64,000 bases of DNA from Promethearchaeota archaeon (GTDB lineage Archaea > Asgardarchaeota > Lokiarchaeia > Sigyniarchaeales > SOKP01): NCBI GenBank assembly GCA_048937405.1, contig JBHLNF010000001.1:416001-480000 (forward strand), in the 5' to 3' direction. Under the pieces are notes generated by a model. It ran no database searches. It was not told the origin of the DNA and saw only the letters and a list, made by a program, of their open reading frames with translations. The translations under genes were made by a program, and so were the position numbers. Shown in pieces: positions 49,135 to 60,269 of this stretch (position 1 is its first letter; each line of letters starts with the position of its first letter).

Positions 49135-50163
49135 ATGAAAAGATTTAATGAAAGATTATCTCTTGGAAAGCTCAATCTCAAATATTTAGCCCAGCTACTT
49201 TCAAATATTGATATAAATGATAAAAGAGTAATAATGGGATCGAAAATTGGTGAAGATGCTGCAGTCATAGATATACCTGGGAAGAATTATTTAGTTACTA
49301 AAACAGATCCAATTACTTTTGCAACTGATGAGATTGGTTATTATGCAGTAATTGTGAATGTAAATGATCTTGTGTGTACAGGAGCTAGACCAAAGTGGTT
49401 TCAATCAACAATTTTATTACCAGAAGACTATACGACAAAAGAAATGATTGAAAGTATATTTAATGATATCCATAATACTTGTAAATCTATAGGAATAACG
49501 GTTGTTGGGGGTCATACAGAAATCACTCCAGGATTAGATAGACCAATTATAATTGGATCTTTAATAGGAGAAGTAGAAAAGAATAAACTTGTACTTAGTT
49601 CAGGTGCAGAACCAGGAGATGCACTTATTCTTACAAAAGGTATTTTTATTGAGGGTACATCTATTATAGGACGTGAAAAAGAAAATGAATTACTTCAGAA
49701 AGATTTCAGCCAGGATTTCATAGAAAAATGTAAATCTTATTTGTATAATCCTGGAATAAGTGTAGTTAAAGAGGCTTTTTTAGCAAATGATAATTTTGAA
49801 ATAAAAGCAATGCATGATCCTACAGAGGGAGGATTAGCTACAGGAATTGCTGAAATGACTGTTGCTTCTAAAACAGGGGTATTAATTGAAATAGATAAAA
49901 TAAAAATATTGCCTGAACCTCTAAAACTAAGTAAAACTTTTAATTTAAATCCATTAGGTACAATCTCTTCAGGTTCTTTGTTAATTGCGATTGATAATGA
50001 TTATAGTATAGAATTATTAGATTTATTAAATAAAAATAAGATAAATGCAGAAAAAATAGGAGTTTTTACCTCTATGAAGTATGGTTTGAAAATTAAAGAA
50101 AAAAATGGAAGATTATCTGATTTAAAATACTCTGAGAAAGACGAAATAACCAAAATTATATAA
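49135..50163 (+). CDS. AIR synthase-related (HypE/ThiL-like) protein
   Basis: GEDAAV, KTDPITF, NVNDL, VGGHTE, MHDPTEGG. Confidence 0.88.
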   Translation: MKRFNERLSLGKLNLKYLAQLLSNIDINDKRVIMGSKIGEDAAVIDIPGKNYLVTKTDPITFATDEIGYYAVIVNVNDLVCTGARPKWFQSTILLPEDYTTKEMIESIFNDIHNTCKSIGITVVGGHTEITPGLDRPIIIGSLIGEVEKNKLVLSSGAEPGDALILTKGIFIEGTSIIGREKENELLQKDFSQDFIEKCKSYLYNPGISVVKEAFLANDNFEIKAMHDPTEGGLATGIAEMTVASKTGVLIEIDKIKILPEPLKLSKTFNLNPLGTISSGSLLIAIDNDYSIELLDLLNKNKINAEKIGVFTSMKYGLKIKEKNGRLSDLKYSEKDEITKII

Positions 50164-50325
50164 TTATATGAAAATAAAATGAAATGATCTTCAAACTTTA
50201 CCGATTATACAATTTTATTCCTTTTTAACTAAAATTTTTATTTTTAAAATTTATGTTATTATATATATAGCATTTAATTCTTAGGGTTGTTTAATACTGA
50301 TTAGGAAAATAAACGGATTAAATAT

Positions 50326-52257
50326 TTGATCAAGGTGACTTATAAAGAACTAGATTATTTTGCTCAAAATCTTCGAGAAGGGGCTAATAAGCTGGATTTT
50401 AGTATTAAAAATGTTAATAAAGGCTTATTTGAAGTTTTGAAAAATCAAAGTATTAAATTCGGAGAATTTAAAGACAAAATCAAATTAAAATGGGAAGAAT
50501 TTGAGGAAAAAAATAAGAAAAGAGTAATAAAAAAAGAATTCCCCTCGTTTTTTTATGAAAATTTTCATGAATTATTCAACTACTTCATGGAAGAGTTTTT
50601 TGGATTTAAAAAGAATTCCTTAAATTTGGATAGTAAAGAAAAAATTTCTGAAGAAATAATATTTTTTGAATATAATCTTCTTCTAAATTTGAATGAAGAG
50701 GAAAAGATTCTTGAAAAATCCAGTAAATTTAAATTTGAGGCTTTTTATGGATTCTCAATTATTACTGGTTATTTATATTTTCTCGTTCGTCTTTTAGGAA
50801 TTATTATTAGAGAAACAATAAAACAACGTTTTTTAATATTGCTTGATGCAATTACCATCAAAACTAACAATGCACATAGAAACTTGAACTTTATGATAAC
50901 CATTAAAGATAGTAAAGATGAAATTTTTAATTACTATTATGATATGGTTCTATTCTATTTCTTAAGGCAAATAAAAGGTATTCCAGAAGAATATCTCGAT
51001 AAGCTACTTGAAGGAAGAGAAAAACTCTATCAAGTGGCTTTAGAACTATACCCCTCCTCCAAAGAAAAATTAGTAGATCTTCTTTATTATTTTTATAAAA
51101 AATGTAATTTACTAATGAGTTTCTCCCCTTTATTAGATTTCTTTAATTTTGTAGGAGCTAGAGTTGAAGATTCCATATTTTCTAAGCATGATATAATAAA
51201 AAAAGAATTTTTAGTTAACCTTGATTATACACCTGAAAAAAGAGAAGCTATTATTAGGTTTTTTGATTACATTGATAAAAAATCCACTTTATATTCTACT
51301 TTCCAAGCAAATAATCTCCCAACTGTAAAATCGCAATTAAATTTATTTCTATTATATATGAAGTATTACCTTGGGAGTGGACTAGAAGCTTTAGAAGTAG
51401 GAGATTTACTTTTTTTACCATCTGTTTTTAAAAAGACACTAAATAAATATAATAAAAAAGTAGATGATGTGATAGGAACACACTCTATAAGAAATATTAA
51501 AACATTTTTAAATTACCTCTCTACAGCATCAAATACTAAAAGCATTGATCTCTTTTTTTATAAAATTTTTAAAAAAAGTATTTCTCAATTAAATTATGGA
51601 TTTTTTAAAACCTTTCTAAAAAGTCTAAATTCGAATTTCTCTCAAAGAATAGATCAAGAAAATGAGACACTTTCTGAAGATTCTCAAAATGCCCCATTTA
51701 CTTTCAATGTTATTGTTGATCATATATGTAGAATTCTTTACATATTGATCGATAAAATCTTTATAAGAGCTACTCTAAGTGATGCTTCAATAAATTTTAT
51801 TGATCCTCGTAGTAGATATATTGGTAAAAATATCGCTCTAAGAGTTTTAGAATTATTTTTATTTCAAGATATAAACTACTCTGATGATGTATGGCCAGAT
51901 TATTTAATTAGTTTAAATAAAGAACAACTTATGATTCAAATGCAAAAATTTAACGTAAACATTCCTGAAAGGCAGTTTTATACCGTTGAAGAATTATTAC
52001 AAATCTCTATAACATATAATATTCATTCCTTCTCTGATCAATCCTTTTTTGAAGAATGGTTGATAACTGACATTATAATTCCATTAAATAATTTGATAAA
52101 AAAAATTCAAAATGAAGTTAAGGATATAACCAATGAAAAGGAAATTTATAAAGAGTTAAGTAATTTTTTACTCCAAGATATAAAGGATGAGAAAATTATT
52201 AAAAATCTTAAACTTTTAAGCAAAGATCTTGCCCCATTTTGGAAGAACATTGAATAA
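50326..52257 (+). CDS. hypothetical protein
   Basis: 643-aa ORF, no recognised motif. Confidence 0.7.
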   Translation: MIKVTYKELDYFAQNLREGANKLDFSIKNVNKGLFEVLKNQSIKFGEFKDKIKLKWEEFEEKNKKRVIKKEFPSFFYENFHELFNYFMEEFFGFKKNSLNLDSKEKISEEIIFFEYNLLLNLNEEEKILEKSSKFKFEAFYGFSIITGYLYFLVRLLGIIIRETIKQRFLILLDAITIKTNNAHRNLNFMITIKDSKDEIFNYYYDMVLFYFLRQIKGIPEEYLDKLLEGREKLYQVALELYPSSKEKLVDLLYYFYKKCNLLMSFSPLLDFFNFVGARVEDSIFSKHDIIKKEFLVNLDYTPEKREAIIRFFDYIDKKSTLYSTFQANNLPTVKSQLNLFLLYMKYYLGSGLEALEVGDLLFLPSVFKKTLNKYNKKVDDVIGTHSIRNIKTFLNYLSTASNTKSIDLFFYKIFKKSISQLNYGFFKTFLKSLNSNFSQRIDQENETLSEDSQNAPFTFNVIVDHICRILYILIDKIFIRATLSDASINFIDPRSRYIGKNIALRVLELFLFQDINYSDDVWPDYLISLNKEQLMIQMQKFNVNIPERQFYTVEELLQISITYNIHSFSDQSFFEEWLITDIIIPLNNLIKKIQNEVKDITNEKEIYKELSNFLLQDIKDEKIIKNLKLLSKDLAPFWKNIE

Positions 52258-52272
52258 TATTGATTCAATTTA

Positions 52273-52788
52273 TTAATCTAAGTTAAAAATTCCTGTAAAT
52301 TTAAAAAATTCACTCTCAATATCTATTATAGGTAAATTTAAGATCATTTTACTTTTTAAATTCCCTAAACATATTTTCCCAGAAATCATTTTGATATTTT
52401 CAGAAAGTTGTTCCTCAATGTCATTCAAATTTGATACACATAGTACTGTGGGATTATAAAAATTCCTAAATCCTTCAGTAAATATGATATCTATATTGTA
52501 TGGCCCTTTTTGTAACCATTTTAAAAGTGACTCAAAATTTAAATCATTATTTTCTAAGAAAATAGCTGTGTGGTTATTTATATTTTGAATTACAGAAAAA
52601 GATGCCCCAGCTTCATTGAATTTATATGAATCTTTTCCTTTTTTATCAACTGGGTGATGTTTAACATTTTTTATCACAGCAGTGTTATAATTCAAATTTT
52701 TTTTTAGTGATTTTATTGCATTTACTATAAAACTTGTTTTACCAGAACCAGAATATCCAATAACATCTATTATATGAATGATAATCAC
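52273..52788 (-). CDS. mobB: molybdopterin-guanine dinucleotide biosynthesis protein B
   Basis: GYSGSGKT, VIK..HH..DKKGKDS, EGFR. Confidence 0.88.
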   Translation of the reverse strand: MIIIHIIDVIGYSGSGKTSFIVNAIKSLKKNLNYNTAVIKNVKHHPVDKKGKDSYKFNEAGASFSVIQNINNHTAIFLENNDLNFESLLKWLQKGPYNIDIIFTEGFRNFYNPTVLCVSNLNDIEEQLSENIKMISGKICLGNLKSKMILNLPIIDIESEFFKFTGIFNLD

Positions 52789-52963
52789 ATAAGGTTATTT
52801 TTAATTAAAACTCAGTAACATCCTTCAAAAATTTGTTTTTTGAAATATCTTAAAATCCTTTTCTAATTTTTATCTGTTTTAATAAAAAAAAATTAAATAT
52901 ATCGCAATTTAATATACTTAAATAAGATTATTCTAATATAATCAAAAACTTTTCGTTATCTAG

Positions 52964-54949
52964 ATGCCTAAACAACGAATAATATTTGATGCAAATTTTT
53001 TTATTTGTATGCTTCAAATTAAAGCTCGAAATATTCTAAATAATTTAGGAATAATAGCTCAAGATTTGGGATATGAATATTATATCTCCCAAATTGTTTT
53101 TAATGAAATAAAAGGACCTCATACATATAGAGACAAACTAAAAACCATTCTAAATGTAGAAGAAATTTTAGATAAAGAAATAGATACTGTTAAAATTGCT
53201 TTAAACCGATCTAATGTGAGATTTCCAGCTCAAGATCCTGATTTAACTCTTGTTTGCCTTGGAAAGAAATTATTGGATGAAAATAATACTATACCTGTTC
53301 ACTTAGTAACAGATGATTTTAAATTAGCAAAAAATGCTCAATTACTCTATAAAGGTCAAATTAATATATTATCACTTTCAAGTTTTTTGCTGAAAATACA
53401 AAAATCGACAACTAAATCTCAGATGAGAAAATATTTCAAAGAAATTTGGAAAAGAAGCTTAAATTATACTTTATCATATATGATTGAACGCTCTAAAATA
53501 TATCCTGCTGAACAAAAAATAACTTGGTTAATTGAAAAAGCGATTGCTGTTACAGAAACTTCGATTCTTTCCCAGGATATTGAGCTTGAAAATCCTGAAG
53601 CTGGTGTCAAATTTGAAATTGGGGCTTCAAAGTATTTAGATGAAATAAATATTGCTGAAAAATATATATCAAATGAAAATCTCCCCCAAAGTGAAGAAGA
53701 ACAAATAATAAGAATAACAAAATTCTTAGAAAATTTAAAGATTTCAAGAGAGTATGTAATTAGAGCTAGAGAGGCGATAATAAAAAGTGACCCTAAAAAT
53801 GCTATAAAATATCTTAAAACTGGCAATGGATTTTTAGTATCATTACTTCAAGTTGCTTCAGGTCAGTTGACAAATATCAGGGACTATGAAATTGTAGAAC
53901 AGTTAATTTGTTCTGAAATAAGTAAAATGGAATTCTTACGGTCATTTTTATTAGTTTCTCTTGGTCGAATTAATATAGCTATAGATTCTCTTGAAAGAGC
54001 TGCTCTATTTTCAATAATAATACATAACTACAAAACATGTTTAACTCTAAATTATGTCAAGGCTTTGATATATTTATTTCATGGACTTTATGATAATGCT
54101 ATCAAGCAGTATAATTTTACTGAAGAATTAGCTGATATTTATGAAGATGATAAATTAAGACTTAAATCATTAATTGGAAAAGCTATTGCAATCTATATTC
54201 AAGGTGATGATAAGGAAACAGCCGAAAGTATTATGGAAGAAATTTCAAAAATTGACTTAGATGAAAACTTTCTTGATGCGATAATTGTATTTAGTGAATT
54301 AGGAGATTACTTTTTAGCATTAGGACATTCTCAGATTGCAGTAAATCTTTATAATCAAGCATTGGAAATCTCAATTGATTATAAACTAACATTCAAAAGT
54401 GAAACTCTAATCGAAAAATTAAAAAGATCATATATTGCAACAGTATTAGCTGGTTATTCTGCTGAAGATATGGTTGAAAAATTAGATCATCTACTAGATA
54501 AAGCTTATTCAATTAAAGATGTTGAAAAGTATAACGAACAAATTAAAAAGATCTCAAGCTTTAATCTATTGTTTTATACACCTTTTCCATATCTTACAGG
54601 TAAAAATAAAATAATTCCTTTCTCAAAACTTCCAAAAGAATTTAAAGAGGATTACTTAGAAGTTGTATATTTTGAAAAGTCTAAAAAAGTTCAGGATCAG
54701 ATTCTTTTTATTGTCTCCCATTACGAATTAGGTTTACTAGGAATTAAATTAAAAACAAGTGAAAATGTAACAGGGATTGCAGAAAATTATTCTCTCAAAA
54801 TCAAATCTACTGCTGGGGTAAAAATTTATGAACCTGATGAAGATCTAAAAAATAGTTTTTTAATTAGAGCATTAATAGAGACTACAAAAAAAGATGATGT
54901 CAAAATAATTTACACTCTGCCATCTTTTTTTAAACAATTGAATTTATAA
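52964..54949 (+). CDS. PIN-domain plus TPR protein
   Basis: IIFDANF..VFNEI..DPD..LVTDDF, followed by TPR-like helices. Confidence 0.75.
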   Translation: MPKQRIIFDANFFICMLQIKARNILNNLGIIAQDLGYEYYISQIVFNEIKGPHTYRDKLKTILNVEEILDKEIDTVKIALNRSNVRFPAQDPDLTLVCLGKKLLDENNTIPVHLVTDDFKLAKNAQLLYKGQINILSLSSFLLKIQKSTTKSQMRKYFKEIWKRSLNYTLSYMIERSKIYPAEQKITWLIEKAIAVTETSILSQDIELENPEAGVKFEIGASKYLDEINIAEKYISNENLPQSEEEQIIRITKFLENLKISREYVIRAREAIIKSDPKNAIKYLKTGNGFLVSLLQVASGQLTNIRDYEIVEQLICSEISKMEFLRSFLLVSLGRINIAIDSLERAALFSIIIHNYKTCLTLNYVKALIYLFHGLYDNAIKQYNFTEELADIYEDDKLRLKSLIGKAIAIYIQGDDKETAESIMEEISKIDLDENFLDAIIVFSELGDYFLALGHSQIAVNLYNQALEISIDYKLTFKSETLIEKLKRSYIATVLAGYSAEDMVEKLDHLLDKAYSIKDVEKYNEQIKKISSFNLLFYTPFPYLTGKNKIIPFSKLPKEFKEDYLEVVYFEKSKKVQDQILFIVSHYELGLLGIKLKTSENVTGIAENYSLKIKSTAGVKIYEPDEDLKNSFLIRALIETTKKDDVKIIYTLPSFFKQLNL

Positions 54950-54993
54950 TCACTAATTTTTATGTAAAATAATAGATTAAGAATTTATATATA

Positions 54994-55266
54994 TTATTCC
55001 CTTCTTAAACTCTTATCCCGTTGACTAATTTGATGAGAATGCACTGCACAACTTATGCAGTAATATTTGGTTTTACTTGGTGTTTGAATTATAGTACCTG
55101 CCTTTTTTAATTCAGTATACATTCGCCCATCAACAAGAGATACTCTTCGTGTCACAGCTTTAGCTTTACTTCTAGCAACAAACCTTCCACATTTACTACA
55201 TTGAACTCTAGCATAGTGTCCTTTACTAGAACCACTTCTGCCGCCACTTTTTCTTTTTTTTGGAAT
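54994..55266 (-). CDS. rps26e: ribosomal protein eS26 (90 aa, ATT start; absent from ORF track)
   Basis: (I)PKKRKSGGRSGSSKGHYARVQCSKCGRFVARSKAK...YYCISCAVHS. Confidence 0.93.
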   Translation of the reverse strand: MPKKRKSGGRSGSSKGHYARVQCSKCGRFVARSKAKAVTRRVSLVDGRMYTELKKAGTIIQTPSKTKYYCISCAVHSHQISQRDKSLRRE

Positions 55267-55399
55267 AAAAATCAGCTAATCTTAATTTATCTTATTTACC
55301 TTTACAGTATTAACTAATAGAATAGTTTAAAACTTAAATAATTTATCTTTCATTGAAATAATGATATAAATAATTAGTTAATCGAGTCTAAAAAATAAA

Positions 55400-56122
55400 C
55401 TAATTTAGATTCTCTTGATTAATAGTAGGATTTCTTAAAGCTCTGAAGGCATAACACAATCTTTGTAGAACAGTATAAATTAAAGTAAAAGTGTAAATAA
55501 CAATGCCTACAAGAAAAACTAGAGTAACAGGGATCCTGGTAATAAATGGAATGAAAATTGTTAACGGATCTCCAAATATAATTAATGTTGAAAAATATAC
55601 TATCAATTCTATTATTATAGTAAAAAGTAAAAATAAAATTCTTTCGGCTCGTTCCATAAATCCAATACCTTTCATATTTACACCTTCAGTTTCTGCTCTT
55701 GAACGAATATATGAGATCATGATAGCTAAAAACAAAAGTGTATAACCTAATAAATACTGCACTAAACCTCCATATATTAAACCTAATATAAGTATTGCAT
55801 CTGATAACCTATCCAGATTTGAATCAAGGAATGCCCCAGTTTGGGTTTCATTTCCTGTTCTTCTAGCTACTTCTCCGTCAAATAAATCAAAAGCACCTGC
55901 TATTCCTAAAATGCATGGAATTATCCATGAAAGCCATAGTGAAAAATATAATCCAAATAATGCTATAATTAGTGAACCTACAGTTGTGCATATAAATCCT
56001 ATAATAGAAATCTTATTTGGAGTAAAATTATGCTTAATTAAATACTCTACTGGACGATCTATAAATCTATTTGAGATTTCCCTCTGTCTTGCTCTTTTCT
56101 TTGTATCAATTTTCTTTTTCAA
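55400..56122 (-). CDS. CDP-alcohol phosphatidyltransferase (archaetidylinositol phosphate synthase-like)
   Basis: DLFDGEVAR..GAFLDSNLDR, SYIRSRAE. Confidence 0.9.
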   Translation of the reverse strand: MKKKIDTKKRARQREISNRFIDRPVEYLIKHNFTPNKISIIGFICTTVGSLIIALFGLYFSLWLSWIIPCILGIAGAFDLFDGEVARRTGNETQTGAFLDSNLDRLSDAILILGLIYGGLVQYLLGYTLLFLAIMISYIRSRAETEGVNMKGIGFMERAERILFLLFTIIIELIVYFSTLIIFGDPLTIFIPFITRIPVTLVFLVGIVIYTFTLIYTVLQRLCYAFRALRNPTINQENLN

Positions 56123-56194
56123 TTTCTTTTAAAATATCTGTGATCTAATAATTTCGATTATTATTTTTAAAATTATATTATAATAAAAAATTTA

Positions 56195-56791
56195 TTATAA
56201 AGCTAATAAGTATAATTTCAATAATCGTATGACTGAGGACGCTAGATATGATTGTTTTCCAATACATATCTTTGGAATATTTAATGTGGATAATTCCTTT
56301 GAGTAAATATATTCGTCCTCTTGACTTCCAATTATAAAGAGGATATTTTTTTTTTCTTTAATAGTACCCAATATCTTAAAAAAATCTCGACCTTGTTCAG
56401 ACAAGATATATATATCATAATTTGACTCTTGAAAATAACTTACTGCTTCTATTAAATTCATTTTTGAATTTCTAATCGCGTGTAGCGGATTAAGGTGCAA
56501 ATCTTCATTAATCTGAAATTTTCGAAGAAAATCAACGAAATAATCAGAAAAAAGGATTTCATTTTTAGGAAAAAAATCATAATCAAAAAATTTTGAATTA
56601 AAAAAAAAAGTACCATAATGATCGAAAAATATCCATATCTGAATATTTCTTTCAAAAGAATCCTTCCTTAGCAATGCTGCCAAAATGCATCGTGAAATTA
56701 CATCTAATCTTCCTGAGGTTCCTGGAATATCTTTGATATTATAATTATCAATGTTTACTGTTTTAGAATTGATAAAGAAAACAATATTCAT
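56195..56791 (-). CDS. trmY: tRNA pseudouridine-54 N1-methyltransferase (SPOUT)
   Basis: DIPGTSGRLDVISRC, LSEQG, FIIG, SYLAS. Confidence 0.8.
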   Translation of the reverse strand: MNIVFFINSKTVNIDNYNIKDIPGTSGRLDVISRCILAALLRKDSFERNIQIWIFFDHYGTFFFNSKFFDYDFFPKNEILFSDYFVDFLRKFQINEDLHLNPLHAIRNSKMNLIEAVSYFQESNYDIYILSEQGRDFFKILGTIKEKKNILFIIGSQEDEYIYSKELSTLNIPKICIGKQSYLASSVIRLLKLYLLAL

Positions 56792-56973
56792 AGCATTAGC
56801 AATTTATCTAATATATAGGAGAAACGATTTTTTTATTAAAAGTATTATAATAAGTTTTGATAATCATAACTTTTAGTGTATTCTTATTCAAGAAATTTGG
56901 AAAAAAAAAGATATTTGTATGAATTTCTAATCTTTTCCTTTTATTTTAATTTACAGTTTAAAAAATAAATTTT

Positions 56974-57978
56974 TTATATATTATTATTGTTGTTATTAAT
57001 GGAATTCTTTTTTTTGTATCTAATAATTAGATAGAATACAGAACACATAATAATAACAGATATTGCGATACCCAAAATTGCAGCACCATATTCACTAGTT
57101 ATCCAGCTAAATATAGGTTCCCAGGGAGATACTAAATTCTCAAGCCAAGATTCACCATTTTGATCTATCAATACACGTTCTAACCCATCTGGGCCATCCG
57201 ATAAAATTCCAATTGTAAATCCAACCGCTATCATTAAAATTAATGCAATAGAAACTATGAATATTGTAATTATCGGTTTCTTATATTTGGAAATATTTAT
57301 TGTTATTACTTTTTCCATCATAATAGACTCAGTCATAATTATTTCTGGTTTAACTCTATAAATGTATAAAATAATTAAAGCAGAAATAACCGCTTCACCA
57401 ATACCTATTAAAAGATGCCAATAGACCATAGCAGGGATAGCAATTTGAAATGGAACTGCACCTGAAATACTGATTTCAATCCCACAAATAAAAGAGGCTA
57501 ATACAATAGAAATATATGATCCAATAGCTGTTCCAATCGTTACTGCCAATTCTTTCTTAATAGATGTTTTGTTTAAGATTTTTACTATAAATACTACAAT
57601 ATAGAATCCAAAAATTCCCCCAATTATTCCCATATTGAAAGCATTTGGGCCTAAAGCTAATATTCCTCCATCTCCAAACAAACTTTGAACAACTAAAACT
57701 AAAAAAAGAATGATAACTGATGCCCATGGACCTAATATAATTGCAACAAGGGTTCCTCCTATTAAATGACCAGAAGTTCCTCCAGGAACAGGATAATTTA
57801 CAAATTGAAATGCAAATATTACAGCGGCTAAAACTCCAATATATGGAACTAATTTGTCAGAATCCTCTTTCTCAAAAAGTTTTCCCATCTTAAAATATCC
57901 AAGAATCATAACAACTATGACTACAATCCAAAGGACAATAATAGTGGCGGGATCCAATAATCCATCTGGTATATGCAT
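56974..57978 (-). CDS. cbiM: ECF Ni/Co transporter substrate component CbiM/NikM with PDGLE domain
   Basis: MHIPDG, GGTSGH, PDGLE. Confidence 0.9.
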   Translation of the reverse strand: MHIPDGLLDPATIIVLWIVVIVVMILGYFKMGKLFEKEDSDKLVPYIGVLAAVIFAFQFVNYPVPGGTSGHLIGGTLVAIILGPWASVIILFLVLVVQSLFGDGGILALGPNAFNMGIIGGIFGFYIVVFIVKILNKTSIKKELAVTIGTAIGSYISIVLASFICGIEISISGAVPFQIAIPAMVYWHLLIGIGEAVISALIILYIYRVKPEIIMTESIMMEKVITINISKYKKPIITIFIVSIALILMIAVGFTIGILSDGPDGLERVLIDQNGESWLENLVSPWEPIFSWITSEYGAAILGIAISVIIMCSVFYLIIRYKKKNSINNNNNNI

Positions 57979-58116
57979 TTTTAAAAAATATAGGTTAATT
58001 TTATTTGTTATGTATTATTAAAATGTTACTATATTATAAAAAAGTATGAATAAATAAAAATATTACTTTTTTAAAATTAGTATGGCTTTCTAAAAATTAC
58101 TCCGACTGATTGAATT

Positions 58117-58914
58117 TTGAGAACTACATTACCTTTTAGACTGGAGAATGAAAGACTTTATTTAAGAAAAATTCATCCTTTAATTCGTTTAATTATACCA
58201 TTTATTCTGGTAGTATCTTTTTTAGTTTTGGAAGACTTTTATCTAACAATAACAATTTTATTTCTTACATTAATTATTGATCTACTCCTCCGAGTAGATT
58301 TTATAACAATATTTTCAAGATTAAAAATTGTTATCCCATTTGTTTTTTTAATAACAATATTTATTCCATTTTATGTTGGTGAAACGGTATATTATAGATT
58401 CAATTTTGGAATTACAATCTATCAAGAAGGATTAAATCTTGCTTTTCTTATATTACTTCGAATATTTGGTGCTCTATTTATTTTCATGTCGTTTTTCTCA
58501 ACTTTAACATATTCAGAATTTATAAGTGCCTTAACAAAATTAAGAATACCCTCAATGTTAATAGGATCTTTAATAATTATGCTACATTATATCCCGATCC
58601 TTGCCACTTCTAATAAAAAGATACTTGAAGCGCAAGAAATGAGAGGCAAAAAAATTAGCACATATTGGCAAAATTTAAAGACACATGCTTATATTTTGGG
58701 CAAGAGTATCATAATGAATATGGAAAGAAGTGAAAAACTGTATGAAAGTCTAAAAATGCGAGGTTTTTCTGGTAAAATTTCATTTGCTCCAATCAAATTG
58801 AAAGCATCTGATATTGGGATTTTGATTTTATTCATATTTATAATCGTTAATTTTGTTTTTATAATTGATTTGGAATTAATTTATCGAGGTATATTCAAAT
58901 TAATTATGCCGTAG
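58117..58914 (+). CDS. cbiQ: ECF transmembrane component CbiQ/NikQ
   Basis: AQEMRG and SLKMRGF. Confidence 0.85.
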   Translation: MRTTLPFRLENERLYLRKIHPLIRLIIPFILVVSFLVLEDFYLTITILFLTLIIDLLLRVDFITIFSRLKIVIPFVFLITIFIPFYVGETVYYRFNFGITIYQEGLNLAFLILLRIFGALFIFMSFFSTLTYSEFISALTKLRIPSMLIGSLIIMLHYIPILATSNKKILEAQEMRGKKISTYWQNLKTHAYILGKSIIMNMERSEKLYESLKMRGFSGKISFAPIKLKASDIGILILFIFIIVNFVFIIDLELIYRGIFKLIMP

Positions 58915-59651
58915 AAGTAGAGGATTTGAATTTTAATTATAATTCTGGTTTTAAAATACAGAATATATCATTTAAACTAGAGGAAAAAGTAATATGTGGA
59001 CTTACGGGAAATAATGGTTCAGGTAAAACCACACTATTGAGACTGTTAGTTGGATTATTAAAACCTAAATCAGGTAATATTAAGATTTTCAATGATCCAC
59101 TTACAAGAAATAAACAGGAATTATGGGAGATTAGGAAATCAATTGGATTTTTATTCCAAAATCCTGATGATCAATTATTTGCCCCCACTATTGAAGAAGA
59201 TATTAGTTTTGGACCAAGGAACTTAAAACTTGATGAGGAAGAGGTAAAATTAAGAGTAGATTGGGCTTTAGATGCTGTAAACTTATCTGAGTTTAGAACT
59301 TATTCACCTTTTAATCTTTCTTGGGGACAAAAAAAAAGAGCCGCTTTAGCAGGGTTATTAGCAATGAAACCTAAATTACTAATTTTAGATGAACCTTTTG
59401 CAAATTTAGATTTTAAATCAATCTACAATCATCTTGTAATTTTAGAAAAATTGCGAAAAGAAAATGAGATTACTATCTTTTTCACCTCTCACAATTTGTT
59501 TTTTGTTGAACACTGGGCGAAAAAAATGTTATTTTTGGAAAAGGGAAGGATTCTTTTTGATGGGAAATCTAATGAAGGATTAAGAAATTCCGATGTTAAG
59601 CAATTGTTAGGCTCATATGATGATATTTTAGCTCTAATAAAAAAAGAATAA
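58899..59651 (+). CDS. cbiO: ECF ATPase CbiO/NikO (probable ATT start 58899; TTG 58926 in track)
   Basis: GNNGSGKTT, FQNPDDQL, LSWGQKKR, LDEP. Confidence 0.88.
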   Translation: MNYAVEVEDLNFNYNSGFKIQNISFKLEEKVICGLTGNNGSGKTTLLRLLVGLLKPKSGNIKIFNDPLTRNKQELWEIRKSIGFLFQNPDDQLFAPTIEEDISFGPRNLKLDEEEVKLRVDWALDAVNLSEFRTYSPFNLSWGQKKRAALAGLLAMKPKLLILDEPFANLDFKSIYNHLVILEKLRKENEITIFFTSHNLFFVEHWAKKMLFLEKGRILFDGKSNEGLRNSDVKQLLGSYDDILALIKKE

Positions 59652-59737
59652 TTAGTCTATTCAATCACATCCTTTTCTATTAAATTAATTTTAAATTTGC
59701 TAAATTTATATTTAAATAAAATTTAATCTAAAATTTC

Positions 59738-60235
59738 ATGCTTCTCACACTTACCTATTTTCATCAAATCAAAGGTCCAAATGTATTGATATCTTATCCT
59801 GATGTTAAATTAGAAGAAGATATTGTAAGTAGACTTCTTAAATTCTTTGATCTTGAAATTGAAGAAACTTTTTTTGAAATTGTACTAATAACAAAAAAAA
59901 AGAAAATTATCAATTTTCATTTTGAAATTCCATCTGAATGGGCACGAGGGAAGAAAGAATTTGCTATGCTCTCGTTGATAATGAAAAGAGAATATGAAAG
60001 CGAACTACTTTATGCCTTTATAGTAGACGCTTCTTACAAAATTCTTAAAACTAAAAATGTTTATAAGGCTCTTTATAAAGATGATGATTTTCGTAATAGT
60101 AATGATCTAGAAATCGATATTGCCTATGAACAAATAAGAAAAATCCTTTTTGACTGCTTAAATAGTTTAATTTCGAGAATAGAAGATAAAATTAAAGGTG
60201 TGAATAAAAAAGATCCTTTTCCATTCTCTAAATAA
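59738..60235 (+). CDS. longin/uDENN-like domain protein
   Basis: N-terminal YFHQIKGPNVLISYP and SEWARG pattern. Confidence 0.55.
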   Translation: MLLTLTYFHQIKGPNVLISYPDVKLEEDIVSRLLKFFDLEIEETFFEIVLITKKKKIINFHFEIPSEWARGKKEFAMLSLIMKREYESELLYAFIVDASYKILKTKNVYKALYKDDDFRNSNDLEIDIAYEQIRKILFDCLNSLISRIEDKIKGVNKKDPFPFSK

Positions 60236-60269
60236 CAAAAATATTTTTAATTTAATTTTTCTATTATTA

